From: Candidatus Saccharimonadales bacterium
GTDB lineage: Bacteria > Patescibacteriota > Saccharimonadia > Saccharimonadales > EFPC-124
Length of the DNA: 64,000 nucleotides
NCBI GenBank assembly: GCA_035457485.1
Contig: DATIBO010000006.1
Span: 14,300-78,299, forward strand
Direction: 5' to 3'
How positions within the stretch are numbered: the stretch's first letter is position 1; every line of letters begins with the position of its first letter. The position numbers and the translations under genes were made by a program. The notes beneath the pieces are model-generated. The model was not told the DNA's origin. It worked only from the letters and a program-made list of their open reading frames with translations, and did no database searches. This document shows, in pieces, positions 28,137-36,871 of the stretch.

Positions 28137-29173
28137 ATCTTTCTCTCCGCTAAACCAACCGCAACACCAAATTGTGGAGCAAGCTGCATAAGCTGATCCT
28201 GCATGCCAGACCCGTATTGCACGTTAGCCCACGAGTTACCGGCGATCGTACGCATACCAGTCTTTGACGAAATATATTCTGCAAATGCGGGAATTGTAAG
28301 TGTATATCCTGATAGCACCACCGAATTAACCGGCACATTCGGATAGCGAGTTTGGAAAAACTTAGCCGATTTAGTTACTTCGGCCGCAAACTGCTCTAAA
28401 GTGGCATCTAGCGATTTTAGGATTTGCCCCTCTAGTCTGTCTGGATATAAACCGAACTTAGTAATAAACTGCTGTGCCTGATTAGGATCAACGTTTAGAT
28501 TTTGGATAGCAGCCCTAATTAACGTCTGCATTCCCACTGGAATAGATCGAATTAAACGTGGTGCGTCGTTCAAAACCAAAACAATATCTGTTGAAAAGTC
28601 ACCAAAATCCAAAATCATGTTTGCGCCCTGGGTGTTTGGCGGAATTAGCGCTCGAACAAGCGCCAATGAATCTGGCTCAAGTGCAATAACGTTCAAGCCC
28701 AGACCTTCGACCATATCAAGTCGAGCCTCACTAAATTTCTTGGAAACACTAGCTAACAAAACTTCTATCTTACTTGGGTCACGCAAAGATTTGCCCAGAA
28801 CAGCCCAGTCTATTTTTACATCGTCCACCGCCATAGGAATAAACTGCTCAGCCTGATACTTAATTGTGCTAGAAAGTTCTTGCGCAGGAAGATCAGGTAA
28901 ATCGACTACTGTGATAAACGTTTTGTTTGAAGGTATTCCGACGGTAACGTTACGCGCAGTAATCCCGCTCTGCCCTATCAAATTAGTTATCACATCACTT
29001 AAACGACGCTGGTCTTCCGGTGAGTCAGATGTTGAAATTTTAATATCAACAGGGGCTGAGCCATAACGAACCAAGCTCCAGCCACCGCCAGATTCTTTAA
29101 GCTGTACAACCCTGATAGCTGTAGTGCCAATATCTAGTGCGAAAAAGTCGCCCACCGATGAAAACAAACTCAT
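28133..29173 (-). CDS. pilM: Type IV pilus assembly ATPase-like protein PilM (actin fold)
   Basis: FFALDIGTTAIRVVQL...DFGDFSTDIVLV is an actin-like ATPase pattern. It is the first gene of the pilMNO block. Confidence 0.85.
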   Translation of the reverse strand: MSLFSSVGDFFALDIGTTAIRVVQLKESGGGWSLVRYGSAPVDIKISTSDSPEDQRRLSDVITNLIGQSGITARNVTVGIPSNKTFITVVDLPDLPAQELSSTIKYQAEQFIPMAVDDVKIDWAVLGKSLRDPSKIEVLLASVSKKFSEARLDMVEGLGLNVIALEPDSLALVRALIPPNTQGANMILDFGDFSTDIVLVLNDAPRLIRSIPVGMQTLIRAAIQNLNVDPNQAQQFITKFGLYPDRLEGQILKSLDATLEQFAAEVTKSAKFFQTRYPNVPVNSVVLSGYTLTIPAFAEYISSKTGMRTIAGNSWANVQYGSGMQDQLMQLAPQFGVAVGLAERKI

Positions 29174-29222
29174 ACTGCCCTAAATTATAGCATAAGCATT
29201 TTTATATTTACTACATTTTTGC

Positions 29223-31496
29223 TTAAAATCTTGGAGGAAGTTCACGTACCTGTGAAGTTGTTATTACTGTCGAAGAACTGTCGTTTAGTGCGTTTGTCAA
29301 AAAGACTTCTGGGCTCAATTTAATTATCTCTGCTGGCGCTCGCCTAGCCGCGACCGTTGAGCCTTCGGCACCTGCAGTTCTGTAAAGATCCAATCGGCGA
29401 GCAATAATTGCACCGTCAACCAACAAATCTGAATTACAAGTAGCAGCCGGTAACGGTGGTTTTTCTTGGCAAGTAAAGAACGTTCCTCTACTTATAAATA
29501 TTCCACTCAAATTTCGGACGCTTCCGTTAACCATAATATCACCGGTAGCTATTACAACTAAGCTAGGAATACTAGCTGCGTCGGTATAGGTTGCCGGGTA
29601 GTTAATTCCCAGGCCTGTAATATTTACATTTCCATCGATAATGTAAACTTGCTTACTTCCCGCTGGCAATGTGCCGGTACTAATTGTAAACATCCCCGAA
29701 CTCTTACAAGGTGTAGTTGGTGGCGAAGCTACGTTCGCAGCCGATGGACAAGCCGTCGTCACGTTTGCGTAATCCGCTGCGTAGTCTTTTATACAGTGCT
29801 GTGGTGCTGCAAAGTTACCCGGAATTGCTTGTGTATTAGAGAACGTCAATGCCTTTGCTAGAGCAGTCGGCCCGGCTGGAGCTCCGTTTACCAGGGCTTT
29901 GCTGGCAGATCCAAAGCTCGTAACAGCACCGAGTGAGAACGACGCATACTCAACCATTGAGCCAGCGTACCCTGCTCCACCACTCAAGGTACGAGACGAA
30001 GTTGTAATCTTGGCTAATCCATTTGTACATGCCCCGGCAGAATCTGCTAGGCCACCCCCAGCCCAAACATCGCCGCCCATAAAGTGAACATACGGGGTCT
30101 TTACTATCGTTACGCAAACCGTAGAACTCGTTCGGGATCCAACGCTAGGAGTGGCAGGAGAAACCGTTAGCGATCGGCAGATCTGACTACCCGGAGCTTG
30201 CCCAGAAATTGTTATATTTTGAGTTGCAACTACCGTTGGTGAACCGGCATTCCAGGTGAATGTGGTTGGACAACTTGTCGAAGGAGGTCCAGCTATTCCG
30301 CCAGGCTGAGTGCCATTTACCGTACAACTTACGCTTGGGCTATTATTACTACCTACGTTATCTATAGTAAATGTAAACGTAATCGTATCACCGTCTTGCG
30401 CAGTGGTCGATGGACTAACACCCGTCACGGGCACCAGATCATATGCTGCAGCCACAGTAGCGCATCTTGTCGCACCCGTACCGGAACCTCCGCTTTCGTT
30501 CAACGGCGACCAGCGCACTTGTCTACAATATTGAGTTCCTGCCGCTGTCCCATTCGGCACTGTAAATGCTGGCTCGGAATACGCCGTTTTTTCTTGACCA
30601 GATGTAAATGTCCCTGCATTTCCAGAACTTATAGAAGCGCCACCGGGCATATTATGCGCCGACCAAGTAATAGATGATGGAGTTGCAGATGGGCCGGAGT
30701 TACTGAGATAATTAACAAAGCTCAAACTAGCACCAGGGTTTACTGTAATGTCGGTCGAGCTTCCGTTAACAGTAGTTCTTCCATTCATAGTAAAGTCCAC
30801 GGGGTTTGGTAACGGTAGAATGTTTCCATTGCCAACCGGGTTTCCGCATTCTCGCCTAATTGCATACTGAACCGTACCGGTAGGACTGGAGCGGAATAAG
30901 ATTGCCAAGCCGTCATTGTTATAATCAAAAAATGCATCATCGTTTGGCGATGGCGAATCATCCGTTCCCTGGTAATATGTGTTTATATTGTACGCGTAGT
31001 TAGTACTCCAACTAATCCGACCGGCCGATGCGTACGCGTTAACTAAAGCACGCCATTCAGTCATTTGCGCTGCAGTTGGCGGTCTACTACGTTCAGCGGC
31101 CGGGGTCCCAAGCATAGTATGTACAATAAACGCTGCACCAGTTTTAGCACGGGCATCACCGTAAGTTCCACTACCAAAACCGTAGCTTCCATTAGGAATT
31201 CCGTTAGCTAAACGACCCTCGATAAAAGCAATTAACTCTGCCGCTGTATTTAAATCGCGAGGAATGGCATTACACCAGTTATTGCCGTTGTTGTAGTTGT
31301 ACGGGCCATACTCGCCACCCGTACTACAAGATTGATTTAGAACCTCCCACCCAGCCGTGTCTAAACTATTTGTAAAGTAACCACGGTGCTCTGCCCTGCC
31401 CTGGATTCCACCCGCGGGATACGCCAGAACCATTCCACCATACCCGATAAAAAACGCGCCAATTACAGCGGCCGTTAGGATAAGTTTTTTACTCAT
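29223..31496 (-). CDS. Large secreted/surface protein (757 aa), Gly/Ser/Thr/Asn-rich with Ig-like (CARDB-type) middle region
   Basis: An N-terminal signal or anchor is present (MSKKLILTAAVIGAFFIGYGGMVLA). Beta-rich repeats occur, for example ITFTFTIDNVGSNNSPSVSCTV. It lies immediately upstream of pilM. Confidence 0.6.
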   Translation of the reverse strand: MSKKLILTAAVIGAFFIGYGGMVLAYPAGGIQGRAEHRGYFTNSLDTAGWEVLNQSCSTGGEYGPYNYNNGNNWCNAIPRDLNTAAELIAFIEGRLANGIPNGSYGFGSGTYGDARAKTGAAFIVHTMLGTPAAERSRPPTAAQMTEWRALVNAYASAGRISWSTNYAYNINTYYQGTDDSPSPNDDAFFDYNNDGLAILFRSSPTGTVQYAIRRECGNPVGNGNILPLPNPVDFTMNGRTTVNGSSTDITVNPGASLSFVNYLSNSGPSATPSSITWSAHNMPGGASISSGNAGTFTSGQEKTAYSEPAFTVPNGTAAGTQYCRQVRWSPLNESGGSGTGATRCATVAAAYDLVPVTGVSPSTTAQDGDTITFTFTIDNVGSNNSPSVSCTVNGTQPGGIAGPPSTSCPTTFTWNAGSPTVVATQNITISGQAPGSQICRSLTVSPATPSVGSRTSSTVCVTIVKTPYVHFMGGDVWAGGGLADSAGACTNGLAKITTSSRTLSGGAGYAGSMVEYASFSLGAVTSFGSASKALVNGAPAGPTALAKALTFSNTQAIPGNFAAPQHCIKDYAADYANVTTACPSAANVASPPTTPCKSSGMFTISTGTLPAGSKQVYIIDGNVNITGLGINYPATYTDAASIPSLVVIATGDIMVNGSVRNLSGIFISRGTFFTCQEKPPLPAATCNSDLLVDGAIIARRLDLYRTAGAEGSTVAARRAPAEIIKLSPEVFLTNALNDSSSTVITTSQVRELPPRF

Positions 31497-32026
31497 GGCT
31501 GTCCACCCAAGCTAGTAATTAATTCTCGCAATGTATTGTTGTTGGCCTCTTTCATTGCGTTACTGTCAGGATTCAGCTCGATCGCTTTTTTGTAATACTC
31601 GATTGCCTTTTCATTATCACCTAAACCTTGGTATTGAGCGCCTATTTTGCTCGCAGTTTGAAAATCCGGTGAAATTTCATAAGCCTGAAGATAAAGCGCA
31701 AGTGCCCCGTTAGTATCACCTTGGTCGCTAGCAATGTTGCCCTTTTGCACTAAAAGCATCTGCTTATCGGCATTAGAGATATTTGAATCTGCCAACGACT
31801 GATCGATGTACGTGTTTGCTTCGCCGGGTTTGCCCTCGAGCAACAAATTTTGAGCCTCAGCAACGTTGGCTGGCAATTCGTTTACACCTGAATCAATTGC
31901 AGCCTGATCGCTAAACTGTAAAATCGCCCAGCGTACGAATGCCCCGGCCGCAACAGCGCCCAGCAAAAGCAACGCGACCCAGATCGCCACTAAAGTTAGC
32001 TTCTTTTTGTCTTTAATTCCACTCAT
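31493..32026 (-). CDS. Membrane-anchored TPR-repeat protein
   Basis: An N-terminal TM helix is present. TPR-like repeats include ALALYLQAYEISPDFQTASKIGAQYQGLGDNEKAIEYYKKAIELNP. The gene overlaps the next gene by 4 nt. Confidence 0.7.
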   Translation of the reverse strand: MSGIKDKKKLTLVAIWVALLLLGAVAAGAFVRWAILQFSDQAAIDSGVNELPANVAEAQNLLLEGKPGEANTYIDQSLADSNISNADKQMLLVQKGNIASDQGDTNGALALYLQAYEISPDFQTASKIGAQYQGLGDNEKAIEYYKKAIELNPDSNAMKEANNNTLRELITSLGGQP

Positions 32027-32052
32027 GCTTATGCTTAAAAGTATATCATTTT

Positions 32053-33813
32053 TTAGTTTTGAAAAAAGTTATAAACACGCCGCGAAAGTTCGGCCATATT
32101 TGGATTGTTTCCGCCATAGCTCATTATGCCCAAAATGTACGTTCCGTTTGGTGCATAAACAATTGCAACGTCGTGCATATAGCCAGCATAAAAACCAACT
32201 TTATCGGCAACCACTACGTTGCTCGGTACACCTGACGGAATCCCGCCACGCCACACCTGTCGTTTGAACATACTTAGTAGTCGTTCCGTTCCTGCCGGGT
32301 CAAGCAAAGTGCCCGCGTTTAAGCGCAACATAAAATTGGTTTCGTCCCGCACGGTAGAATGCTTTTCTTCACAGCATCCATTATTAATTAAAGTATCCGT
32401 AAAACCAGCCTCGGTAACCATTCGTTGAACCTCAGCCCAGCCCATTAGGTTTAAAAACGACACCGAGCAAGGATTGGTCGAATTAACAATCATTTCGGTT
32501 AAGCACGCATCCACCGTCCATCCAATATCGGTAATTTGATCATAACTTATGCTACCCTCGTTGATCTTTTTTAACAGCGCGTAAGCCACGAACATCTTAA
32601 AAGTGCTTGCCGTAACATATTGTTTATCAGGCTGCCACTCAGCGTAACGATGCTCGCCGCCAAGCTCACGAATAATTACCCCGTAGTCACCGTACGCCTG
32701 AGATTCCCAGTCACGGATCACGGCCAGTAGACCTTCGCTGCTTTTAGAATAAGTTTTTACATACTGCAGCTTTGGCGGGACCTCAACCGCGTTAAGCTCT
32801 ACCGTGGGGTTTTGGTCTTGTCCAAGTAATGCTACTTTTATTTGCTCGGCCGCATCGTCGGTAGAAACCGATCTTCCTGACGCAGCCTCACTCCTACCTA
32901 CCTCCTGACCATCGAGCAAAGTTACTGTAGATGTGCCCGGAGCTATCGAACTCTGCTGATCAATCTCGCTAAGATAGACTTTTATTGCTTCGGTGTTAAA
33001 ATCCAGTGTCAGCTGTTTGGTTTCGGGGTTTTCTACAAAACTAATCCAATTACCAATAACATCGCGCGTTGGCTCAAAAGTTTTATCATTTAACGTAAGC
33101 TTTGGCCTGTGGGCTAGAATGTCCTCGGCTTGCTTTTTAAGATCTTGGAGCTCGGTCAGCGACCTTTTGAATGGAACTGCATCTGGGGTCAAAGTCACCT
33201 TAGCGTAAGCAACCACCGCCTGTCGCTGGATCTGCATCTTTACATCATGCGCGTTAAAATTATAGCCGTTTTTTGCATCGTCGATAAAAACTTCGCCTGC
33301 CTTAATGCTGATCGCCGCATCGCTCGCTGCCAACTTGTCTTCGGCAACTAGCTGCTCGGCAAAAGCGTTCAATCGATCGTTATCGACAATCGCTAACATT
33401 GGGATATTAGAAGATTGTGCAACTTTTATCCAGCTAGAAAACGGTATCAACCTCTCCCAAGTTGGGTAATTCAGTGCAATTTCTGCATTGGCTTCGCGAT
33501 CAATCGTCAATCCAATATCCTGCCACTTCGCCTTCCAAGTTTTACTAGGAGTAACAATCGTAACTTCACCATTATTAGCGTAGTCATCAAAAGTTGCGAT
33601 CAACTGATCTTTGTTTTTCCCGCCAATCATCAAGCCACCCACACTGTAAAGCGGCAGCGCACGATCACTGGGATACAAAAGTTGCATTGGTATAGTTAAA
33701 AATGCGATCCCCAGGAACGCCCAACCCAAAAGTCGCAACCACTTTGTATGTTTAAGCCAATGCCTAAACAACGACGGATCGACATGACCTAAAGCCATCC
33801 AACCGTGCTGCAT
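32053..33813 (-). CDS. Membrane-anchored serine hydrolase (class A beta-lactamase / DD-peptidase-like C-terminal domain)
   Basis: An N-terminal TM helix is present. The C-terminal domain has an SxxK motif (ASTFKMFVAYALL) and a KxG-type motif (ADKVGF). GGGGAG Shine-Dalgarno lies upstream. Confidence 0.65.
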   Translation of the reverse strand: MQHGWMALGHVDPSLFRHWLKHTKWLRLLGWAFLGIAFLTIPMQLLYPSDRALPLYSVGGLMIGGKNKDQLIATFDDYANNGEVTIVTPSKTWKAKWQDIGLTIDREANAEIALNYPTWERLIPFSSWIKVAQSSNIPMLAIVDNDRLNAFAEQLVAEDKLAASDAAISIKAGEVFIDDAKNGYNFNAHDVKMQIQRQAVVAYAKVTLTPDAVPFKRSLTELQDLKKQAEDILAHRPKLTLNDKTFEPTRDVIGNWISFVENPETKQLTLDFNTEAIKVYLSEIDQQSSIAPGTSTVTLLDGQEVGRSEAASGRSVSTDDAAEQIKVALLGQDQNPTVELNAVEVPPKLQYVKTYSKSSEGLLAVIRDWESQAYGDYGVIIRELGGEHRYAEWQPDKQYVTASTFKMFVAYALLKKINEGSISYDQITDIGWTVDACLTEMIVNSTNPCSVSFLNLMGWAEVQRMVTEAGFTDTLINNGCCEEKHSTVRDETNFMLRLNAGTLLDPAGTERLLSMFKRQVWRGGIPSGVPSNVVVADKVGFYAGYMHDVAIVYAPNGTYILGIMSYGGNNPNMAELSRRVYNFFQN

Positions 33814-33848
33814 TTAGCTCCCCTATTAGCCTTATGCTTATTGTATCA

Positions 33849-34175
33849 CTATTTTTCTTCGGGCTGATTGCGGTGCAAAATTATTCTGCGGTCGCGCGCC
33901 CGTTGAAAAAGAATTCCTGCAAATCCAAAAAATATACCTATACCCAAAAAGGCATAAATTGCTGTAAAAATTTTACCGGCATCAGTTTGTGGCGCAATGT
34001 CACCGTAGCCGACCGTGGTTAACGTCATTGCTGCAAAATAAATTGCATCAATGTAAGAAAGTTTTTCGACTAAATGAAAAAACACTGCCCCTATTAAAAA
34101 TACGAACATAAAAAGTAAAAAAACTTTTAAAAGCTGTTTGTCGGTTTGTACGTTTAAAGATTCGGGTTGCTCCAT
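33849..34175 (-). CDS. Minimal two-TM potassium channel (108 aa)
   Basis: The selectivity filter TLTTVGYGD is flanked by two TM helices. There is no cytoplasmic regulatory domain. Confidence 0.8.
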   Translation of the reverse strand: MEQPESLNVQTDKQLLKVFLLFMFVFLIGAVFFHLVEKLSYIDAIYFAAMTLTTVGYGDIAPQTDAGKIFTAIYAFLGIGIFFGFAGILFQRARDRRIILHRNQPEEK

Positions 34176-34181
34176 AGATTA

Positions 34182-34210
34182 AGCATAAGCGAAAATAAAA
34201 AGTCAGGCAA
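34182..34210 (-). promoter_or_regulatory. Promoter TTGCCT-17-TATGCT, 6 nt upstream of ATG 34175 (leaderless K+ channel mRNA)
   Basis: The minus strand reads TTGCCT (34210-34205), a 17-nt spacer, TATGCT (34187-34182), taatct, then ATG. It contains the GCTTATGCT box. Confidence 0.55.
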
Positions 34211-34228
34211 ATTTACCACTCAGGCCCA

Positions 34229-35317
34229 TTACAATGTCTTGCCATTCACTATCTTTTTTACTTTTATTTCTTTTACAGGCAGTTCACCTGTTTTCTCACC
34301 AAACTGTCTTAATGACTCCAAAAACGACCACTGTAAAACTGCAGTTGCTTCATGAACATACTCTCTTTCTGCGTCCTGCGCAGGCGAGTTCACAAAAAGT
34401 TCTACCTTAAGTTCGCCATTGGATCTTTCGCCTTCAAATCTTACCGAAACTTGAATCTCTTTATCGCCCCAGGGCACCGGAAAAAATAACTCACTTGGCT
34501 CCTTGTTCAAATGTTCATATAAAGGAGCGTGAAGTTTACTATCCGAAATCAAAAAGCTTGGCCATAAATCTGTTTCAGTAACACCTCTATGCTCGGCAAA
34601 TTCACTCGTTAAATTAAGGTCTGCGATAGTACCAACCACCCTTTCATCCGAAGCGAAATCGCCTGCATCAATTTTAGTAAAACTCTCATCATCGAGATAA
34701 ACTCGGATTTCTGGGTGATCAAAAGAAATAACTTCATCTTGATCAAAAGATTCCCATCCCTTACCATTCTCAAAGCTCATTGTATCAATCCCTAGATAAT
34801 CTCTGGCCATCCTTAGTTCCTGCAGCCACGAATTAGTCTCCTGCACATTACCCAATCGACTCCTAGAAAAACCTATCAGCTCAAGCGCCACCGAACCATC
34901 TTCGGCCATTTTAATCCAGCCTCGCGAGACTAGATTACCCAAGTCGAGACCAAGTCCATCCGCAAGTTTCATGGCTTTTTTGGAGAACATTCTGGTTTTT
35001 TTACCCGACTCAGCTTCTGTTAGATCATCGAAACGCTGTATATCTAAAGCATCGTGACCTCCACCGCGCTCCACATAATCACGCTTAATAATATCTGAGA
35101 CAATTACATATGGATGTCCGTTTTCGGTAACGTGTACCTCGCAACCCACCCCTTTTATTAAACTCGCTCCTCGATTCCTAGACGATCTAATTGTCTCTAA
35201 AAATAAGTCTCGGCGCATTTCATCACGCAGCACCGAATCTTGATCATCTTCAAGGAATTCCCCTGCATTATAAAAATCCGCCTGCTGCTCGCGACTATAA
35301 TCAGGATTTTCACTCAT
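34229..35317 (-). CDS. Hypothetical acidic protein, 362 aa
   Basis: A long ORF with background composition. I recognise no domain. Confidence 0.6.
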   Translation of the reverse strand: MSENPDYSREQQADFYNAGEFLEDDQDSVLRDEMRRDLFLETIRSSRNRGASLIKGVGCEVHVTENGHPYVIVSDIIKRDYVERGGGHDALDIQRFDDLTEAESGKKTRMFSKKAMKLADGLGLDLGNLVSRGWIKMAEDGSVALELIGFSRSRLGNVQETNSWLQELRMARDYLGIDTMSFENGKGWESFDQDEVISFDHPEIRVYLDDESFTKIDAGDFASDERVVGTIADLNLTSEFAEHRGVTETDLWPSFLISDSKLHAPLYEHLNKEPSELFFPVPWGDKEIQVSVRFEGERSNGELKVELFVNSPAQDAEREYVHEATAVLQWSFLESLRQFGEKTGELPVKEIKVKKIVNGKTL

Positions 35318-35367
35318 AGAAAAATAATAGCATAACTATTTTCGGGCATGTATTTTTACGTTACCTC

Positions 35368-35376
35368 TGTTATAAT
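35368..35376 (+). promoter_or_regulatory. Extended -10 TGtTATAAT, 7 nt upstream of ATG 35384 (leaderless ychF)
   Basis: TG at 35368-35369, TATAAT at 35371-35376, acggcac, then ATG. Confidence 0.55.
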
Positions 35377-35383
35377 ACGGCAC

Positions 35384-36460
35384 ATGAGTCTATCAATTGG
35401 AATCGTCGGCCTACCTAACGTCGGCAAATCTACTTTATTTAATGCCCTAACCGACGCTAAAATTTTAGCGGCTAATTATCCGTTCGCAACCATCGAACCG
35501 AACACGGGAATTGTTCCAGTGCCCGATTCACGCCTGGATGTTTTAGCAAAAATGTATTCAACCGAAAAAATTGTTCCTGCAACTGTAACTTTTGTAGATA
35601 TCGCAGGTCTTGTGGCTGGCGCCAACAAGGGTGAAGGTTTGGGAAATAAGTTTTTGGCCAACATACGTGAATGCAATGCAATCGCACACGTCGTGCGCGC
35701 TTTCGCCGACGACAACGTTTTGCACGTAGCCGACAAAGTTGATCCAAAAGACGACATTGAAGTCATCGATACCGAACTAATTTTGGCAGATTTGCAGACG
35801 ATTGAAAACAAGCTAGCCCGAGTTCAAAAAGAAGCCAAGGCCAACCCGAAAGCCCGCGAAGTTGCCGGCTACATTGAGCGGTTAAAAGAACATTTGTTGC
35901 AAGGTACTCCCCTGCACAAACTGCCATCACTAGACGAAGAAGCAATTAAAGACATCAATTTAATGACTGCAAAGCCAGTAATCTATGTTTTTAATGTGGA
36001 CGAAACGACCCTAGCCAATGAAACGCGCAAGCAAGAGCTGGCCAGTTTGGTCGCTCCTGCGAAATCCATTTTTATATGCGCAAAGCTAGAAGAAGAACTC
36101 CGCGATTTATCACCCGAGGATGCTGCTGAAATGTTAGAAACATACGGTCAAGACGAGCCCGGTTTAAATAAATTAATTAGCGCGGCTTATGACACATTAG
36201 GGTTGCAGAGCTACTTAACAGCCGGTAAGCAAGAGGTTCGGGCTTGGACGATCAAAAAAGGGTTTACGGCTCCACAAGCGGCGGGGGTGATCCACACAGA
36301 TTTTGAACGCGGATTTATTGCTGCCCAAATTGTTAGCTACGACGATTTAGTTGCCGCCGGATCAGAAGCCGCAGCTAAGGCCGCAGGCAAAATGCGAACC
36401 GAAGGCAAAACCTACGTGATGCAACCTGGCGATGTAGTTGAGTTTAGATTTAACGTTTAA
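35384..36460 (+). CDS. ychF: Redox-regulated ribosome-binding ATPase YchF
   Basis: MSLSIGIVGLPNVGKSTLFNALT...NYPFATIEPNTG and the C-terminal TGS-like FERGFIAAQIV are present. The start is chosen at the conserved N-terminus and by promoter geometry. Confidence 0.92.
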   Translation: MSLSIGIVGLPNVGKSTLFNALTDAKILAANYPFATIEPNTGIVPVPDSRLDVLAKMYSTEKIVPATVTFVDIAGLVAGANKGEGLGNKFLANIRECNAIAHVVRAFADDNVLHVADKVDPKDDIEVIDTELILADLQTIENKLARVQKEAKANPKAREVAGYIERLKEHLLQGTPLHKLPSLDEEAIKDINLMTAKPVIYVFNVDETTLANETRKQELASLVAPAKSIFICAKLEEELRDLSPEDAAEMLETYGQDEPGLNKLISAAYDTLGLQSYLTAGKQEVRAWTIKKGFTAPQAAGVIHTDFERGFIAAQIVSYDDLVAAGSEAAAKAAGKMRTEGKTYVMQPGDVVEFRFNV

Positions 36461-36520
36461 GAGGCGCCCTGATCCGAAAGATTCAGAACGCCTCATCTCG
36501 TGCGACAGAAGTCGCGGTGA

Positions 36521-36667
36521 TCAGTTAGTGGCGGTGTACGGCGGACGCCATTCGCCGCCGGGCGGAACTTCGCATCCGCCGTTCTTTCCCATCAGTAGCA
36601 GGGTGGCAGCTAGAACCAAAAGGAATGCTGCCAGCCGGGGGCGCAATTGAGGCCATGTGGAAGTCAT
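36521..36667 (-). CDS. Candidate 48-aa signal-peptide micro-protein B (high-GC islet)
   Basis: GAGGAGGTGAA precedes the ATG. The product is MTSTWPQLRPRLAAFLLVLAATLLLMGKNGGCEVPPGGEWRPPYTATN. A hairpin at 36501-36516 follows the stop. Confidence 0.4.
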   Translation of the reverse strand: MTSTWPQLRPRLAAFLLVLAATLLLMGKNGGCEVPPGGEWRPPYTATN

Positions 36668-36707
36668 TTCACCTCCTCTCACACTAGTACTAGCCGAGGG
36701 CCAGGTG

Positions 36708-36833
36708 CTACGGCACGCGGCCGCCGCCTCCCTCGCAGTCCTCGACTCCCAGCATGATGCCAAGCGCGATTGCACTCAGAGCGAATACAATTCTTGCGCT
36801 TTGGCTAGCCGAAAGCTGATACAAGAAAGCCAC
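36708..36833 (-). CDS. Candidate 41-aa signal-peptide micro-protein A (high-GC islet)
   Basis: TAGGAGGTGAAAAA precedes the GTG. The product is (M)AFLYQLSASQSARIVFALSAIALGIMLGVEDCEGGGGRVP. TATAAT lies at 36858-36863, just after the tlyA stop. Confidence 0.35.
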   Translation of the reverse strand: MAFLYQLSASQSARIVFALSAIALGIMLGVEDCEGGGGRVP

Positions 36834-36871
36834 TTTTTCACCTCCTAAGACAGTGTAATTATAAAATAATT

